From: Mustelus asterias
Lineage: Eukaryota
Direction of reading: 5' to 3'
DNA: 64,000 nucleotides
Assembly: GCF_964213995.1 (NCBI RefSeq)
Contig: NW_027590121.1
Span: forward strand, 1,488,001-1,552,000
Numbering within the stretch: position 1 is the first letter of the stretch; each line of letters opens with the position of its first letter. Shown piece after piece: positions 63,401-64,000 of this stretch. The position numbers and the translations under genes are program-made. Below the pieces are notes generated by a model. It did not search any database and was not told the origin of the DNA. It worked only from the letters and a program-made list of their open reading frames with translations.

Positions 63401-64000
63401 TGTGGCGACTGGGGGATTCTCATAGCCGCTTCATTGCAGTGCTAATGCAAGCCGACATGTGACTAATAAATTAACTTTGAATAAATAGATACTAACTTAA
63501 GAAATGAAACGTATTCGTGTGGATGAAACGGGTTGGAAGTATGCATTTAATCTTGTTAATAAATATTACGTGTTGCGCATCATATCTAGTTGCTCTCGTA
63601 TTGTGTGCAATAATTTGTTGAAAGCTTGGGAAGAATCTTGTAACATCCTCTTGTTCAAAGGAAATTGAGGAATACAATAAACGTATGCAACGTTGGACTG
63701 CAAATGGATACTCAGGGACAATTCAGCATGACCACTCCTCCTAACCTGCACATCTTTGGACTGCAGGAGGAAAGCGGTAAACTTGGCGGAAACCCACGCA
63801 CACAATTTGCAAAAACCAGACAGACAGTCACACAAGGCCGAAATGGAGCGTATGCCCATAACAATGTGAGGTACCAGTCATAACTCCTATGTAAATAATT
63901 GCAATTAGTTTTAAGCATTTTATGGTAATTTGTTCAGTATTTACTTGCACATTCTTTGCCTCAGTCAATGCCTAAAGTTAATGGACTGCTCTGGACGCTC

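Overview
Vertebrate genomic DNA, almost certainly from a cartilaginous fish (shark-type SINE/CR1/Penelope repeats, shark-type Ig cluster). The minus strand carries a complete, unrearranged and apparently intact IgM heavy-chain minilocus: L-VH(23-RSS)-D1(12/22)-D2(12/12)-JH(23)-CH1-CH2-CH3-CH4/secretory tail-TM1-TM2 (25767 to 6179). About 4 kb downstream of TM2, in the same orientation, lies an intact T-cell-receptor alpha/delta-type V gene with its own leader and 23-RSS (2149-1608). A second, decayed copy of that TCR-V leader sits about 9.6 kb upstream of the VH (35371-35434), which suggests the IgM cluster is embedded in a TCR V array. A decayed tRNA cluster and a CRE-motif array separate the IgM from the TCR V. 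The region upstream of VH is an old tandem duplication that includes a truncated, leaderless VH pseudogene and is filled with CR1/L2 LINEs, SINEs and Penelope-derived pieces bearing minimal hammerhead-ribozyme cores. All coordinates were read by eye and no database searches were run.
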